A stretch of DNA of 64,000 nt from Candidatus Latescibacterota bacterium (GCA_965221775.1 CBDCSU010000004.1:224001-288000), one strand, 5' to 3'; positions 43,327 to 52,917 are shown, numbered from the stretch's first letter. Notes: generated by a model not told the origin, from the sequence alone. Made by a program: numbers and translations.

Positions 43327-44747
43327 GCGAGCGGGGCCGCGTCCTCATCGCCGACGATCAGCCGGAGGTGCGCGAGTTGCTGGCCGAGAAGCTGCGGGCC
43401 CGGGGCAAGGAGGCCGAGGTCTTCCACACGGGGAGGGAGTTGCTCGACCACCTGGCCGCCCATGGCGAAGGGGTGGAGCTGGCCGTTCTCGACCTCGACT
43501 TCGGCGCTGCCGAGCCCGATGGCCTGGCGGTCCTCAAGCGGGTGAGGCGGCTCTGCCCGGAGCTGCCGGTGATCATCCTCACGGGCAAAGGGTCCGTCGA
43601 CTCCGCCGTTGCCGCCGTGCAGGAGGGCGCCGCCGACTACATCGAGAAGGACCTCTACGTGGAGGACAAACTCGAGCTCGGCATGGAGAAGGTCGAGCGC
43701 ATGCTCCATGTGCTGCAGGAGAACGCGCGGCTGCGGGCGGAGAACGAAACCCTCGACCGCGACAACCTCTACTACCGCTCGGAGCTGGGAGCCCGCTACC
43801 ACATCGTCCAGGCCAGCGGCCGCGTGGAGCAGATCCTGCGGCAGGTCCAGCAGGTGGCCTCCATCCCGCGGCCCGTTCTCGTGCGGGGAGAGCGGGGGAC
43901 GGGCAAGGAGCTGATCGCCGCGGCCCTGCACTACGGGGGCAGCCGCGCCGAGCGGCCCTTCGTCAAGCTGAACTGCTCGGCCCTCTCCGAGACCCTGCTC
44001 GAGTCGGAGCTCTTCGGCCACGAGCGGGGGGCCTTCACCGGCGCCGGCGACACCCGTCGGGGGCGTTTCGAGACCGCCGACGGCGGTACCCTGTTCCTCG
44101 ACGAGATCGGCAACACCAGCCTCGAGTTCCAGAAGATCCTGCTGCGCGTCATCGAGTACCAGGAGTTCGAGCGCATCGGCGGCTCCCGCACGATCCGCGT
44201 GGACGTGCGCATCGTGGCAGCCACCAACGCCGACCTCGAGAGCGAGATCGAGGCGGGCCGCTTCCGCGCCGATCTCTACGACCGCCTGCGGTTCACCGAG
44301 ATCTCCCTGCCGCCCCTGCGCGACCGGCGCGAGGACATCCGCCCCCTGGTGGCGTTCTTCTCCCACCAGCTGTCCGAGGAAGTCGCCTCGATCCCGGAGC
44401 GCCCCTTCGACGAGCCCAGCCTGGCGGTCCTGGAGTCCTATGCCTGGCCGGGCAACGTGCGGGAGCTGAAGTTCGCCGTGGAACGAGCCCTGTGCGTGGC
44501 CCGGGAGGACCGGGTGACGGTCTCCGACCTGCCGCCCGAGATCGTCGGCGAAAGCGGATCCGCCCTCATCGGGAGGGCGCGCCTGCCCGGGACCTTCGAC
44601 GAGCAGATGGCCGCCGTCGAGAGAGGCCTGCTGCTCGCCGCCCTCGAGCGCAGCGGCCACAGCCAGAAGGACGCCGCGGCCTCCCTCGACCTGACCTACG
44701 ACCGTTTCCGCCACCTCCTGCGCAAGCACGGACTCACCCGGGCGTGA
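43323..44747 (+). CDS. Sigma54-dependent response regulator: REC + PspF-like AAA+ + HTH
   Basis: REC (IADD, LDLD, LTG, IEK); GERGTGKE, GAFTGA, LLRVIEY, FRADLYDRL; C-terminal LDLTYDRFRHLLRKHG. Confidence 0.93.
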   Translation: MSERGRVLIADDQPEVRELLAEKLRARGKEAEVFHTGRELLDHLAAHGEGVELAVLDLDFGAAEPDGLAVLKRVRRLCPELPVIILTGKGSVDSAVAAVQEGAADYIEKDLYVEDKLELGMEKVERMLHVLQENARLRAENETLDRDNLYYRSELGARYHIVQASGRVEQILRQVQQVASIPRPVLVRGERGTGKELIAAALHYGGSRAERPFVKLNCSALSETLLESELFGHERGAFTGAGDTRRGRFETADGGTLFLDEIGNTSLEFQKILLRVIEYQEFERIGGSRTIRVDVRIVAATNADLESEIEAGRFRADLYDRLRFTEISLPPLRDRREDIRPLVAFFSHQLSEEVASIPERPFDEPSLAVLESYAWPGNVRELKFAVERALCVAREDRVTVSDLPPEIVGESGSALIGRARLPGTFDEQMAAVERGLLLAALERSGHSQKDAAASLDLTYDRFRHLLRKHGLTRA

Positions 44748-44894
44748 TCGTCCATCCGGCCGAGTGAGGGCCGACCCGACGCGGGGCGTTCTCCACGATT
44801 CGGACGCCCGGCGGGGCTCCCACCTTGACGCGGGTCCCCCTCACGCCTTCTTAGCGGGGTTCCCGCCGCAGCGCCTCCAACCGCGTAGAAGGCG

Positions 44895-45212
44895 ATGATG
44901 GAGAAGCAGTTCAAGGTCGAGACCTTCCTCGGCGGCGACCTGGCCGAGCTCTACGAGGCCGTCATGGAGCAGTTCGAGGCCTCCGGCTTCTCGAGCCTCT
45001 CCGAGATGAACCAGGCGCTGCTGCGCACCGGGCTGCTGCTGCACCTGACGATGCTGACCTCCATGGGTGCGGTCGCCGACGAGCAGCGGCGGCTCCGGTT
45101 GGAGGAACTGGCCGAGAAGGTGGGCCGGGAGAACCTGATGTGGGAGGTGGTGGAGCTGGCCCGGCGCCACTGGAAGGAGGGGGGGGCCGGCAGTATCGAC
45201 CTGCAGGCCTGA
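44895..45212 (+). CDS. Hypothetical protein, possibly ribbon-helix-helix-like
   Basis: Typical codon usage; N-terminal strand-helix-GFSSLSE-helix pattern. Confidence 0.6.
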   Translation: MMEKQFKVETFLGGDLAELYEAVMEQFEASGFSSLSEMNQALLRTGLLLHLTMLTSMGAVADEQRRLRLEELAEKVGRENLMWEVVELARRHWKEGGAGSIDLQA

Positions 45213-45287
45213 GACCGAGCCTTCGGGATCTGCGCCCACATAGCATAACATGCTGAATTGACTGGAGTTATGATCCGAATCGGCAAT

Positions 45288-45316
45288 TTGACAGGGGGGC
45301 GCGGGGCCCGTACATT
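45288..45316 (+). promoter_or_regulatory. Sigma70 promoter of iscU-sodA
   Basis: TTGACA-17 bp-TACATT. Confidence 0.75.
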
Positions 45317-45328
45317 CCTGCCACTCTG

Positions 45329-45712
45329 ATGGGAATGTACTCCGTGTCGGAAGCCTACAACGAGACCGTCCTCGACCACTACCGGAACCCCCGGAATGTG
45401 GGCGTTCTCAAAGACGCCAATGCCGTCGGCAAAGCGGAGAATTCGGCTTGCGGAGACGTTCTCCACCTCTACTTGGCCATCGACGGAGGCCGGGTGGTCG
45501 ACTCGCGCTTCCAGACCTTCGGATGCGCGGCCGCCATCGCCGCCGGCTCGAGGCTGACCGAGATGGTCACCGGCGCCACCCTCGACGAGGTACGGGCCAT
45601 CCGCCGGCGAGACGTGGTCGAAGCCCTCGGCGGACTTCCGCCGATGAAGGTCCATTGCTCGGTTCTGGCCGAGGACGCCCTTCGCGACGCACTCGAAGCG
45701 TACGAGCACTGA
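45329..45712 (+). CDS. iscU: Fe-S cluster scaffold IscU/NifU-N
   Basis: DHYRNPRNVG, ACGD, FGC..AIA, LPPMKVHC. Confidence 0.92.
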   Translation: MGMYSVSEAYNETVLDHYRNPRNVGVLKDANAVGKAENSACGDVLHLYLAIDGGRVVDSRFQTFGCAAAIAAGSRLTEMVTGATLDEVRAIRRRDVVEALGGLPPMKVHCSVLAEDALRDALEAYEH

Positions 45713-45760
45713 AGCTCCCCGGAACGACAAACCGACAACCTCCACGAAAGGACGCCTTCC

Positions 45761-46375
<615 letters not shown>

Positions 46376-46381
46376 GCCCCG

Positions 46382-46409
46382 CGCCGGGAGCCCGCCCGGG
46401 TTCCCGGCG
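46382..46409. terminator. Hairpin after sodA
   Basis: CGCCGGGAGCCCG/CGGGTTCCCGGCG inverted repeat; no U-tract. Confidence 0.5.
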
Positions 46410-46456
46410 ATCACCCATCGGCGGCCTCGCGCCGCCTCACCAGAAAAGGGCTTGCC

Positions 46457-46921
46457 ATGGCGATCCATCCCGGTGATCCGGCTCCGGATTTCACCCTGAA
46501 GAACACGGACCTGGAGGAGGTGACCCTCTCCTCCCTCCGGGGCCGAAACGTCGTCCTCCTGTTCGTGCCGCTGGCCTTCACCGGCGTGTGCACACAGGAA
46601 TTCTGCGAGGTCTCCCGCGGGATCTCGGCCTACTCCGCCCTCGACGCCGAGGTCCTCGGCATCAGCGTCGACAGTCCCTTCGCGCAGAAGGCCTGGGCCG
46701 AGCAGGAGGGGATCACCATCTCCCTGCTGAGCGATTTCAACAGGGAGGTCTGCGGCGCCTACGGTGCCCGGTACGAAGATCTGCTGGGCATGGTCGGCGT
46801 GGCCAAGCGTTCGGCCTTCGTCATCGACAAGGAGGGGACCGTCCGGTACGCCTCCGTCTCCGATGACGCCAAGGTCCTGCCCGACTTCGAGGCGGTGAAG
46901 GCCTGCCTCGAGTCGTTGTAG
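46457..46921 (+). CDS. Peroxiredoxin (AhpE/BCP-like)
   Basis: PLAFTGVC (PxxxTxxC), ISVDS, LLSDF, RSAFVID. Confidence 0.92.
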   Translation: MAIHPGDPAPDFTLKNTDLEEVTLSSLRGRNVVLLFVPLAFTGVCTQEFCEVSRGISAYSALDAEVLGISVDSPFAQKAWAEQEGITISLLSDFNREVCGAYGARYEDLLGMVGVAKRSAFVIDKEGTVRYASVSDDAKVLPDFEAVKACLESL

Positions 46922-46957
46922 TCACAGGAACCTTCCCAAGGCCCAGGCCACGCCGCG

Positions 46958-48403
46958 ATGCGCGCTGAAGGGACAGGCCGCCCCTTGGCGGCTCCCGCAG
47001 AGGTCCACGACTCGACCTCTCTGGCCGGTACCCGGCTCCCCGGACAGGGCTGCGCCGACACGTCGGCCCTTGCCACTGCTCTCGACGAGTCTCACCGCGA
47101 CCTCCTCGACGGGGAGTTCTGGCGCACGATCCCCGCCTACGCCGGTCTGGGTGCTGACGAGTTCCACGATCACCGGTTCCAGAGCCGGAACTGCGTCTCC
47201 AGCCTCCAGAAGCTGCGTCAGGTTCTGCGCGGCCTCGTCTCCGAGGCGTTCTACGCCGATGTCGAAGCGGGTCTGCGCAGATCGACGATGAGCCTGCGCA
47301 TCTCGCCGTACTTGATGTCTCTGGTCGACTGGTCGGCGCCTGACGTCGATCCGATCCGCATCCAGTTCCTGCCTCTCGGCTCGCGGCATGAGGCCGATCA
47401 CCCGGAGCTGGCCCTCGACTCCCTCAACGAACAGGCCGATTCACCCGTGCCCGGGCTCACGCACCGGTACCACGACCGGGCCCTGTTCCTGGCCCTGGAC
47501 ACCTGTCCCGTGTACTGCCGCTTCTGCACCCGTTCCTACTCGGTGGGCCTCGACACCGCCGGCGTTGACAAGGTCCACTTCGGGGTCAGCCGCGAGCGCT
47601 GGGAGCAGGCCTTCGACTACATCCGCCGCACTCCCGCCATCGAGGACGTGGTCGTCAGCGGCGGCGACATGTACAACCTCAAGGCCGAGCAGGTCGAGTT
47701 GCTGGGCAGAACCCTCCTCGACATCGAGCACGTACGCAGGTTCCGCTACGCCACCAAGGGCCCGGCGGTGATGCCGCAAAAGCTGGTCACCGATCCCGAC
47801 TGGGTGCGCGCACTTGCCGAGGTCGGCGCCGAGGGCCGCCGCCGCCACAAGGAGGTGGCCCTGCACACGCACTTCAACCACCCCGCCGAGATCACCGCCT
47901 TCACCCGCCGCGCCATGGAAGGGCTGATGGCGCAGGGCATGGTCGTCCGCAACCAGACGGTGCTGCAGCGCGGGGTGAACGACGACGCCGACACCATGCA
48001 GCTCCTGGTCCGGCGCCTGGGCTATCTGAACATCCATCCCTACTACGTCTTTCTGCACGACATGGTCCGCGGCGTCGAAGAGTTGCGCACGAGTCTGCGG
48101 ACCGCCATCGATATCGAGAAGCAGGTACGCGGCGTCACCGCGGGTTTCAACCTTCCCGCCTTCGTTCTCGACACCATGGGGGGCGGGGGCAAGCGCGACG
48201 TCCACTCCTACGAGCGCTACGACCAGGAGACCGGCATCTCCGTCTTCACCAGTCCCGTGGTGAGGCCGGGGCAGCGGTTCCTGTTCTTCGACCCGCTGCA
48301 CAGCCTCGGGCCGAATGCGCGCGCGCTCTGGTCCGATCCCGACTCCAGGGCCGGCATGATCGCCGAGGCCCTGCAGGACCAGGCCGCAGGAGCCAGATCC
48401 TGA
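46958..48403 (+). CDS. KamA-family radical SAM/PLP 2,3-aminomutase
   Basis: PGLTHRY, CPVYCRFCTR, SGGD, HFNHP, NQTVL.RGVND, PYY, GGGGK; exact start uncertain. Confidence 0.9.
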   Translation: MRAEGTGRPLAAPAEVHDSTSLAGTRLPGQGCADTSALATALDESHRDLLDGEFWRTIPAYAGLGADEFHDHRFQSRNCVSSLQKLRQVLRGLVSEAFYADVEAGLRRSTMSLRISPYLMSLVDWSAPDVDPIRIQFLPLGSRHEADHPELALDSLNEQADSPVPGLTHRYHDRALFLALDTCPVYCRFCTRSYSVGLDTAGVDKVHFGVSRERWEQAFDYIRRTPAIEDVVVSGGDMYNLKAEQVELLGRTLLDIEHVRRFRYATKGPAVMPQKLVTDPDWVRALAEVGAEGRRRHKEVALHTHFNHPAEITAFTRRAMEGLMAQGMVVRNQTVLQRGVNDDADTMQLLVRRLGYLNIHPYYVFLHDMVRGVEELRTSLRTAIDIEKQVRGVTAGFNLPAFVLDTMGGGGKRDVHSYERYDQETGISVFTSPVVRPGQRFLFFDPLHSLGPNARALWSDPDSRAGMIAEALQDQAAGARS

Positions 48404-48487
48404 CGATGGGAGCCTGCCAGGCAGGTTTCCAGGGTGGAGAAGGGCCCCGCGAGGGCGCCTGCTCCCGGAAACGGAAGTGACGACAAA

Positions 48488-50188
48488 ATGGACCCAAAGG
48501 CAGTCACTCTGCCCGCCGACCTGTGGCTGGCCGTCCTCTGCGGCCTCGGGTTGCTGCTGGTGGGCGTCGGCATCGGGTATCTCATCAGCCTCTATCTGCG
48601 GAGGCCCGATCAGAACCGTCTGGAGGAGGAAGCCGAGGCCAGGGCCGTGCGCCGCCTCGCCGAGCAGGAGCGCGCCCAGCGTCTGACATTTCTCGAGGAG
48701 AAGGACGGCTGGTACAAGCTGAAGGCCGATCAGGAGAACCAGTTGGAGACGGCCCTCGAAGAGCAGGGCCGCCGGGAGAAGGACCTGGCCACCCGGGAGC
48801 GGGAGATCGACACCCGGCGGCAGGAGGTGCGCAAGGAGTGGAGCCGCTTCAAGAACCAGGAGCGGCGCCTCAACTCGAGGGAGCGCAGCCTCCGGTCCAG
48901 CGAGGTGGAGATCGAGTCGCTGCAGCGGGAGTACCGGGAGAAACTGGAGCTCGCGGCCAATCTCACCGAGGACGAGGCCAAGGAGCAGCTCCTCGAGCAC
49001 CTGTCCGGCAAGGTGCGGGCCCGGGCGGCGGCCATGATTCGGGCCGAGAGAACGCGGGCCCGGGAGGAGGCGGACCGGGAGGCGCGCAAGATCGTCGCCC
49101 AGGCTATTCAGCGCTGCGCCGTGGAGGAAGCGGAGCAGGCGGCCACCTCCACACTGACGATCCCCAGTGAGAGCCTCAAGAGTCGGATCATCGGCAAGGA
49201 GGGCCGCAACGTGCGCGCCTTCGAGAACGCCACGGGCGTCAAGGTCGTGGTCGACGACACGCCCGACACGGTGTTGCTCTCCTCCTTCGATCCCCTTCGC
49301 CGCGAGGTGGCGGCGCGCTCGATGGAGCGCCTGGTTCGCGAGGGCGGGTTCACCCCCAACCGGATCGAGGAGGTGGTGGCCGAGGCCCGCCGCCTCGTCG
49401 ACAAGGAGATGGAGGAAGCGGGTCACCGCGCCCTCGGCAAGATCGGGGCGAGCGACTATCACGCGGATCTGCCCGCTGCGGTGGGGCGGCTCAAGTTCCG
49501 CTCCAGCTACGGACAGAACCAGCTCCAGCACTGCCTGGAGGTGGGACAGCTCGCGGGGCTCATGGCCCAGGAGATCGGCCTCGACGCCACTCTCGCCCGG
49601 AGGGCCGGGCTGCTGCACGACATCGGCAAGACCGTGAGCCGGGAGATGGAGGGCTCGCACATCGAGCTCGGAGTGGAGATGGCGGAGCGCTTCGAAGAGC
49701 ACCCGGTGGTACGCGAGGTCATCGCCGAGAGCCACGAGGATCACGAGCGCGTCGATCCGATCTGCTTCCTGGTGAAGGCCGCCGACGCCATCTCCTCGGT
49801 CCGCCCGGGAGGCCGCCGGGAGGACTTCGAGGGCTACGCGCGCCGGATCATGAAGCTGGAGGAGATCGCCACTTCCTTCGAGGGGGTGAAGGACGTCTAC
49901 GCCATCAACGCCGGACGCGAGATCCGCGTCATGGTGCGCGGCGAGCAGGTGAGCGACGACGACGCCGAAATCCTGGCCTTCCACATCGCCGAGCGCGTGA
50001 AGAACGAGCTGACCTTCGCCGGCGAGGTGAAGGTGATGGTCGTCCGCGAGACCCGCGCCGCCCGGAGCACCAGCCTGCGGCCCCGCGGACCACGAGGCGG
50101 CAACGCGAGGTCGAGGCGCCGGGCCCGCGATCCCTCCCCCCGCAACGGACGGCATGCTCGCAACGGACAGCCCCGGCCCGGCGGGTAG
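48488..50188 (+). CDS. rny: Ribonuclease Y (divergent)
   Basis: N-terminal TM, coiled coil, KH (RIIGKEGRNVR), SYGQN, LLHDIGK, AINAGREIRV. Confidence 0.9.
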   Translation: MDPKAVTLPADLWLAVLCGLGLLLVGVGIGYLISLYLRRPDQNRLEEEAEARAVRRLAEQERAQRLTFLEEKDGWYKLKADQENQLETALEEQGRREKDLATREREIDTRRQEVRKEWSRFKNQERRLNSRERSLRSSEVEIESLQREYREKLELAANLTEDEAKEQLLEHLSGKVRARAAAMIRAERTRAREEADREARKIVAQAIQRCAVEEAEQAATSTLTIPSESLKSRIIGKEGRNVRAFENATGVKVVVDDTPDTVLLSSFDPLRREVAARSMERLVREGGFTPNRIEEVVAEARRLVDKEMEEAGHRALGKIGASDYHADLPAAVGRLKFRSSYGQNQLQHCLEVGQLAGLMAQEIGLDATLARRAGLLHDIGKTVSREMEGSHIELGVEMAERFEEHPVVREVIAESHEDHERVDPICFLVKAADAISSVRPGGRREDFEGYARRIMKLEEIATSFEGVKDVYAINAGREIRVMVRGEQVSDDDAEILAFHIAERVKNELTFAGEVKVMVVRETRAARSTSLRPRGPRGGNARSRRRARDPSPRNGRHARNGQPRPGG

Positions 50189-50203
50189 AGCCCCGGGGTC
50201 TTC

Positions 50204-50644
50204 TTGGCGACGGTGAGCAAGAGGGGCTACGGACTCTTCGCCGGCCTTTGGCGGACGATCGGCCGCCTGGCGTCCAGACGGACTCCTGTGGCCGGACGCA
50301 CGTCGGCCTGCGCCACGCCCCTCAGAGGGACTCCGCGCTTGCGCCAACGCTCCGACGGACGCCCCCGGTGCGTCGCCTGCGCCCTTTGCGCCGCCGCCTG
50401 CCCGTCGGACTGCATTCGCATCGAAGCCTCCGCGCCGCCCTGGGTGGAGGAGGCCGACGTGCCGGCCACCAGTGAACGCTGGCCCGCCGTCTTCGAGCTC
50501 GATCTGGGGCGCTGCCTGCTGTGCGGTCTGTGCGAATCGGCCTGCCCCGAGGAGGCCATCTCCCTCGACCCGCAGGGCCCCGAGCCGGTGGCCGCTGAGC
50601 GCGCGTCTCTTCGTCTGGGGCGCGATGCCCTCCTGCGGCGGTGA
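50204..50644 (+). CDS. NuoI-like 2[4Fe-4S] ferredoxin
   Basis: RG..RL, CVACALCAAACP, FELDLGRCLLCGLCESACPEEAI; start uncertain (TTG 50204 or GTG 50213). Confidence 0.8.
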   Translation: MATVSKRGYGLFAGLWRTIGRLASRRTPVAGRTSACATPLRGTPRLRQRSDGRPRCVACALCAAACPSDCIRIEASAPPWVEEADVPATSERWPAVFELDLGRCLLCGLCESACPEEAISLDPQGPEPVAAERASLRLGRDALLRR

Positions 50645-51822
50645 CACGGCTCGCCATCCTCGGCAGCACCGGCTCCATCGGGACGACGACCTTCGAGGTT
50701 CTCGAGGGTTTGCGCCGCCAGGACGGGGACGCGGAGTGGGAGGTCGTGGCCCTGGCGGCGGGGCGCCGCGTCGAGGAGCTGATCCACCAGGCGAGGGAGT
50801 GGTCTCCCGGTCTCGTCTGCGTGGCCGCGAGCGCCGACGCCCGCAGGGCCAGGAAAGAGCTGCCCGGCGTTGAGGTCCTCTCCGGGGGACAGGGGCTGTG
50901 CGATCTGGTCGCCGACGGCCGGGTGGATGTCATCGTCAACGGGCTGGTGGGGGCCGTGGGGCTCCCGCCGACGGTGAGCGCCCTGAAGGCCGGCAAGACC
51001 GTGGCCATGGCCAACAAGGAGCCCCTGGTCATGGCCGGGGGGCTGTTGCAGGAGGCCGCAAGGGAGGGAGGGGGAGAGCTCCTGCCCGTGGACAGCGAGC
51101 CCAGCGCCCTCTGGCAGTGCCTGCGGGGAGAGCGTGAGGAGGACGTCTCCCGGTTGATCCTGACCGCCTCGGGGGGAGCCTTCCGCGACCGCAGCCGGTC
51201 GGAGCTTGCCAAGGTGACCCCCGCCGAGGCCCTCCAGCACCCGACCTGGCGGATGGGGCCAAAGATCACCGTCGATTCCGCGACCCTGATGAACAAGGGT
51301 TTCGAGGTCATCGAGGCCGCCTGGCTCTTCGGAGTGGACGTGAACCGCGTGGAGGTCGTGATTCACCGGGAGTCGATCGTTCACTCCCTGGTGGAGTTCA
51401 CCGACGGCTCGATCCTGGCCCACCTCGGACGGACCGACATGAGCCTGCCGATCCAGTACGCCCTCACCCATCCGGTGCGCAAGCCGGGTCCCTTGCCGCG
51501 GCTCGATCTGGCCGAGGTGGGGGCCCTGCACTTCGAGGCCCCCGACCCGGAGCGAGTCCCGGGCCTGTCCCTGTGCCGCGATGCGGCGCGGGCCGGCGGC
51601 ACCACCCCGGCGGCGCTGAACGCCGCCAACGAGGTCGCCGTCTCCGCCTTCCTCGAGGGACGGCTGGGCTTTCTGGAGATCCACGAGTTGAACCTGGCCG
51701 TCGTCGACAGCTGGGATCCAGGGCCGGCCACCGACCTCGAGACCGTCCTCGAAGCCGACCGCCAGGCGCGGACTCGGGCCGCGGAGCACCTGAGTCCTGC
51801 CACCGCCGGGACTCGCCGCTGA
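50641..51822 (+). CDS. dxr: 1-deoxy-D-xylulose-5-phosphate reductoisomerase
   Basis: ILGSTGSIG, ANKE, PVDSE, TASGG.F, HPTW.MG.KITVDSAT.MNKG.E, NAANE. Confidence 0.97.
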   Translation: MTRLAILGSTGSIGTTTFEVLEGLRRQDGDAEWEVVALAAGRRVEELIHQAREWSPGLVCVAASADARRARKELPGVEVLSGGQGLCDLVADGRVDVIVNGLVGAVGLPPTVSALKAGKTVAMANKEPLVMAGGLLQEAAREGGGELLPVDSEPSALWQCLRGEREEDVSRLILTASGGAFRDRSRSELAKVTPAEALQHPTWRMGPKITVDSATLMNKGFEVIEAAWLFGVDVNRVEVVIHRESIVHSLVEFTDGSILAHLGRTDMSLPIQYALTHPVRKPGPLPRLDLAEVGALHFEAPDPERVPGLSLCRDAARAGGTTPAALNAANEVAVSAFLEGRLGFLEIHELNLAVVDSWDPGPATDLETVLEADRQARTRAAEHLSPATAGTRR

Positions 51823-51832
51823 GGGAGAGAGG

Positions 51833-52105
51833 ATGTCCGCAAAGAAGCCCAGGCCACCCGCCGAAGCACCCGCCCGGGACCCTGCCGCGCTCTACGAGGC
51901 ATCCCACCGTGTGCTGCGCTTTCTCACCGGCGTGATGATCGTCGCTTTCCTCCTCATCGTGGTGCTCACCACGATCTCCACGGGCCCCTTCGTGCAGGTC
52001 ACCGCCCGGGGGCTCTACTTCCTGATTCTCGCCGTCCCCGTCGCTTCCCTCGTCACCTGGATCCTGCGCCTGTGGGCCCAGAGGCGGGCCGCAGAACCCC
52101 GGTGA
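51833..52105 (+). CDS. Small 2-TM hypothetical membrane protein
   Basis: GAGAGG RBS; two hydrophobic segments. Confidence 0.65.
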   Translation: MSAKKPRPPAEAPARDPAALYEASHRVLRFLTGVMIVAFLLIVVLTTISTGPFVQVTARGLYFLILAVPVASLVTWILRLWAQRRAAEPR

Positions 52106-52148
52106 GCCGCGCCGCCTGAGCCGTCCCGGGGCCTTTCCCCTCCGGTCG

Positions 52149-52589
52149 ATGGAAACCCTCACCGCCAAAGGGCACTTTCACGCCGCCCACCGGCAGCTCG
52201 ACTACGACGGCAAGTGCGCCTACGTCCACGGCCATACCTGGCGGGGTTCCTTCGTCGTGCGGGCCGAGCGTTTCCCGCGTCTGGAGGGTATCGACATGTC
52301 CGTCGACTTCGGGGCCCTCAAGGAGATCTTCAGGAGTCTCGACCATCGCATGCTGGTCTCCCGCCGGGACGGGGTCTTTCTCGACAGCCGGCTCTTCGAG
52401 CCCGACGGGATCGTGCTGATTCCCGGCGCCAACCCGAGCGTCGAGAACGTCGCCCGGTACTGCATGGAGCGGGCGGTGGAAGCCCTGTCCAAGCTGTTCC
52501 CCGACCGGGGAATCGACTACGATTTGGAGGTCACCATCCAGGAGACGGACAACAATCTCTTTGCCTTGCGCCGGTCGGTGACCATCTGA
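52149..52589 (+). CDS. queD: 6-carboxytetrahydropterin synthase (QueD/PTPS)
   Basis: FHAAH, CAYVHGH (CxxxHGH), VDF, LDH, NPSVEN, ET. Confidence 0.85.
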   Translation: METLTAKGHFHAAHRQLDYDGKCAYVHGHTWRGSFVVRAERFPRLEGIDMSVDFGALKEIFRSLDHRMLVSRRDGVFLDSRLFEPDGIVLIPGANPSVENVARYCMERAVEALSKLFPDRGIDYDLEVTIQETDNNLFALRRSVTI

Positions 52590-52592
52590 ACC

Positions 52593-52850
52593 ATGCCTCG
52601 CGAAGCGCTGATGACCGTGGCCGAGGTCTCCGATTACCTCGCGTGCTCCGTGTCGCTGGTGAGAAGGCTGGCCCGGCGATCGGAGATCCCCCACTACCGC
52701 CTGGGCCGGCTCATGCGTTTCCGGCGCACCGATGTCGATGCCTGGCTCCAAGCGCGCCACGAGGGCAGTACCTCCCACGGCGGCCGCAGGTCCGCCGCCC
52801 ACCCCGACCAGTTGTTCTTGTTCGAAGGCGATTCCGGGAGCCGCGCATGA
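52593..52850 (+). CDS. Excisionase-like HTH_17 DNA-binding protein
   Basis: LMTVAEVSDYL.CS...V..L....IPHYRLGR.MRF...DVDAWL. Confidence 0.88.
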   Translation: MPREALMTVAEVSDYLACSVSLVRRLARRSEIPHYRLGRLMRFRRTDVDAWLQARHEGSTSHGGRRSAAHPDQLFLFEGDSGSRA

Positions 52851-52917
52851 GCTTCCGCGGCGATCCGGAGACGGGTCCGGCTCCCCGGGCCGCCGCCGGG
52901 CCGAAGGGCGGCGGCGG

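Noticed and set aside
45255-45275. IscR type-1 box upstream of iscU
   Set aside because: Only one TTGACT half-site; the symmetric AGTCAA half is absent
52593-52850. Excisionase-like gene as evidence of a prophage/ICE, or queD as part of a dpd DNA-modification island
   Set aside because: Flanks are housekeeping/metabolic genes; no integrase, phage genes, dpdA/tgt, queC or queE
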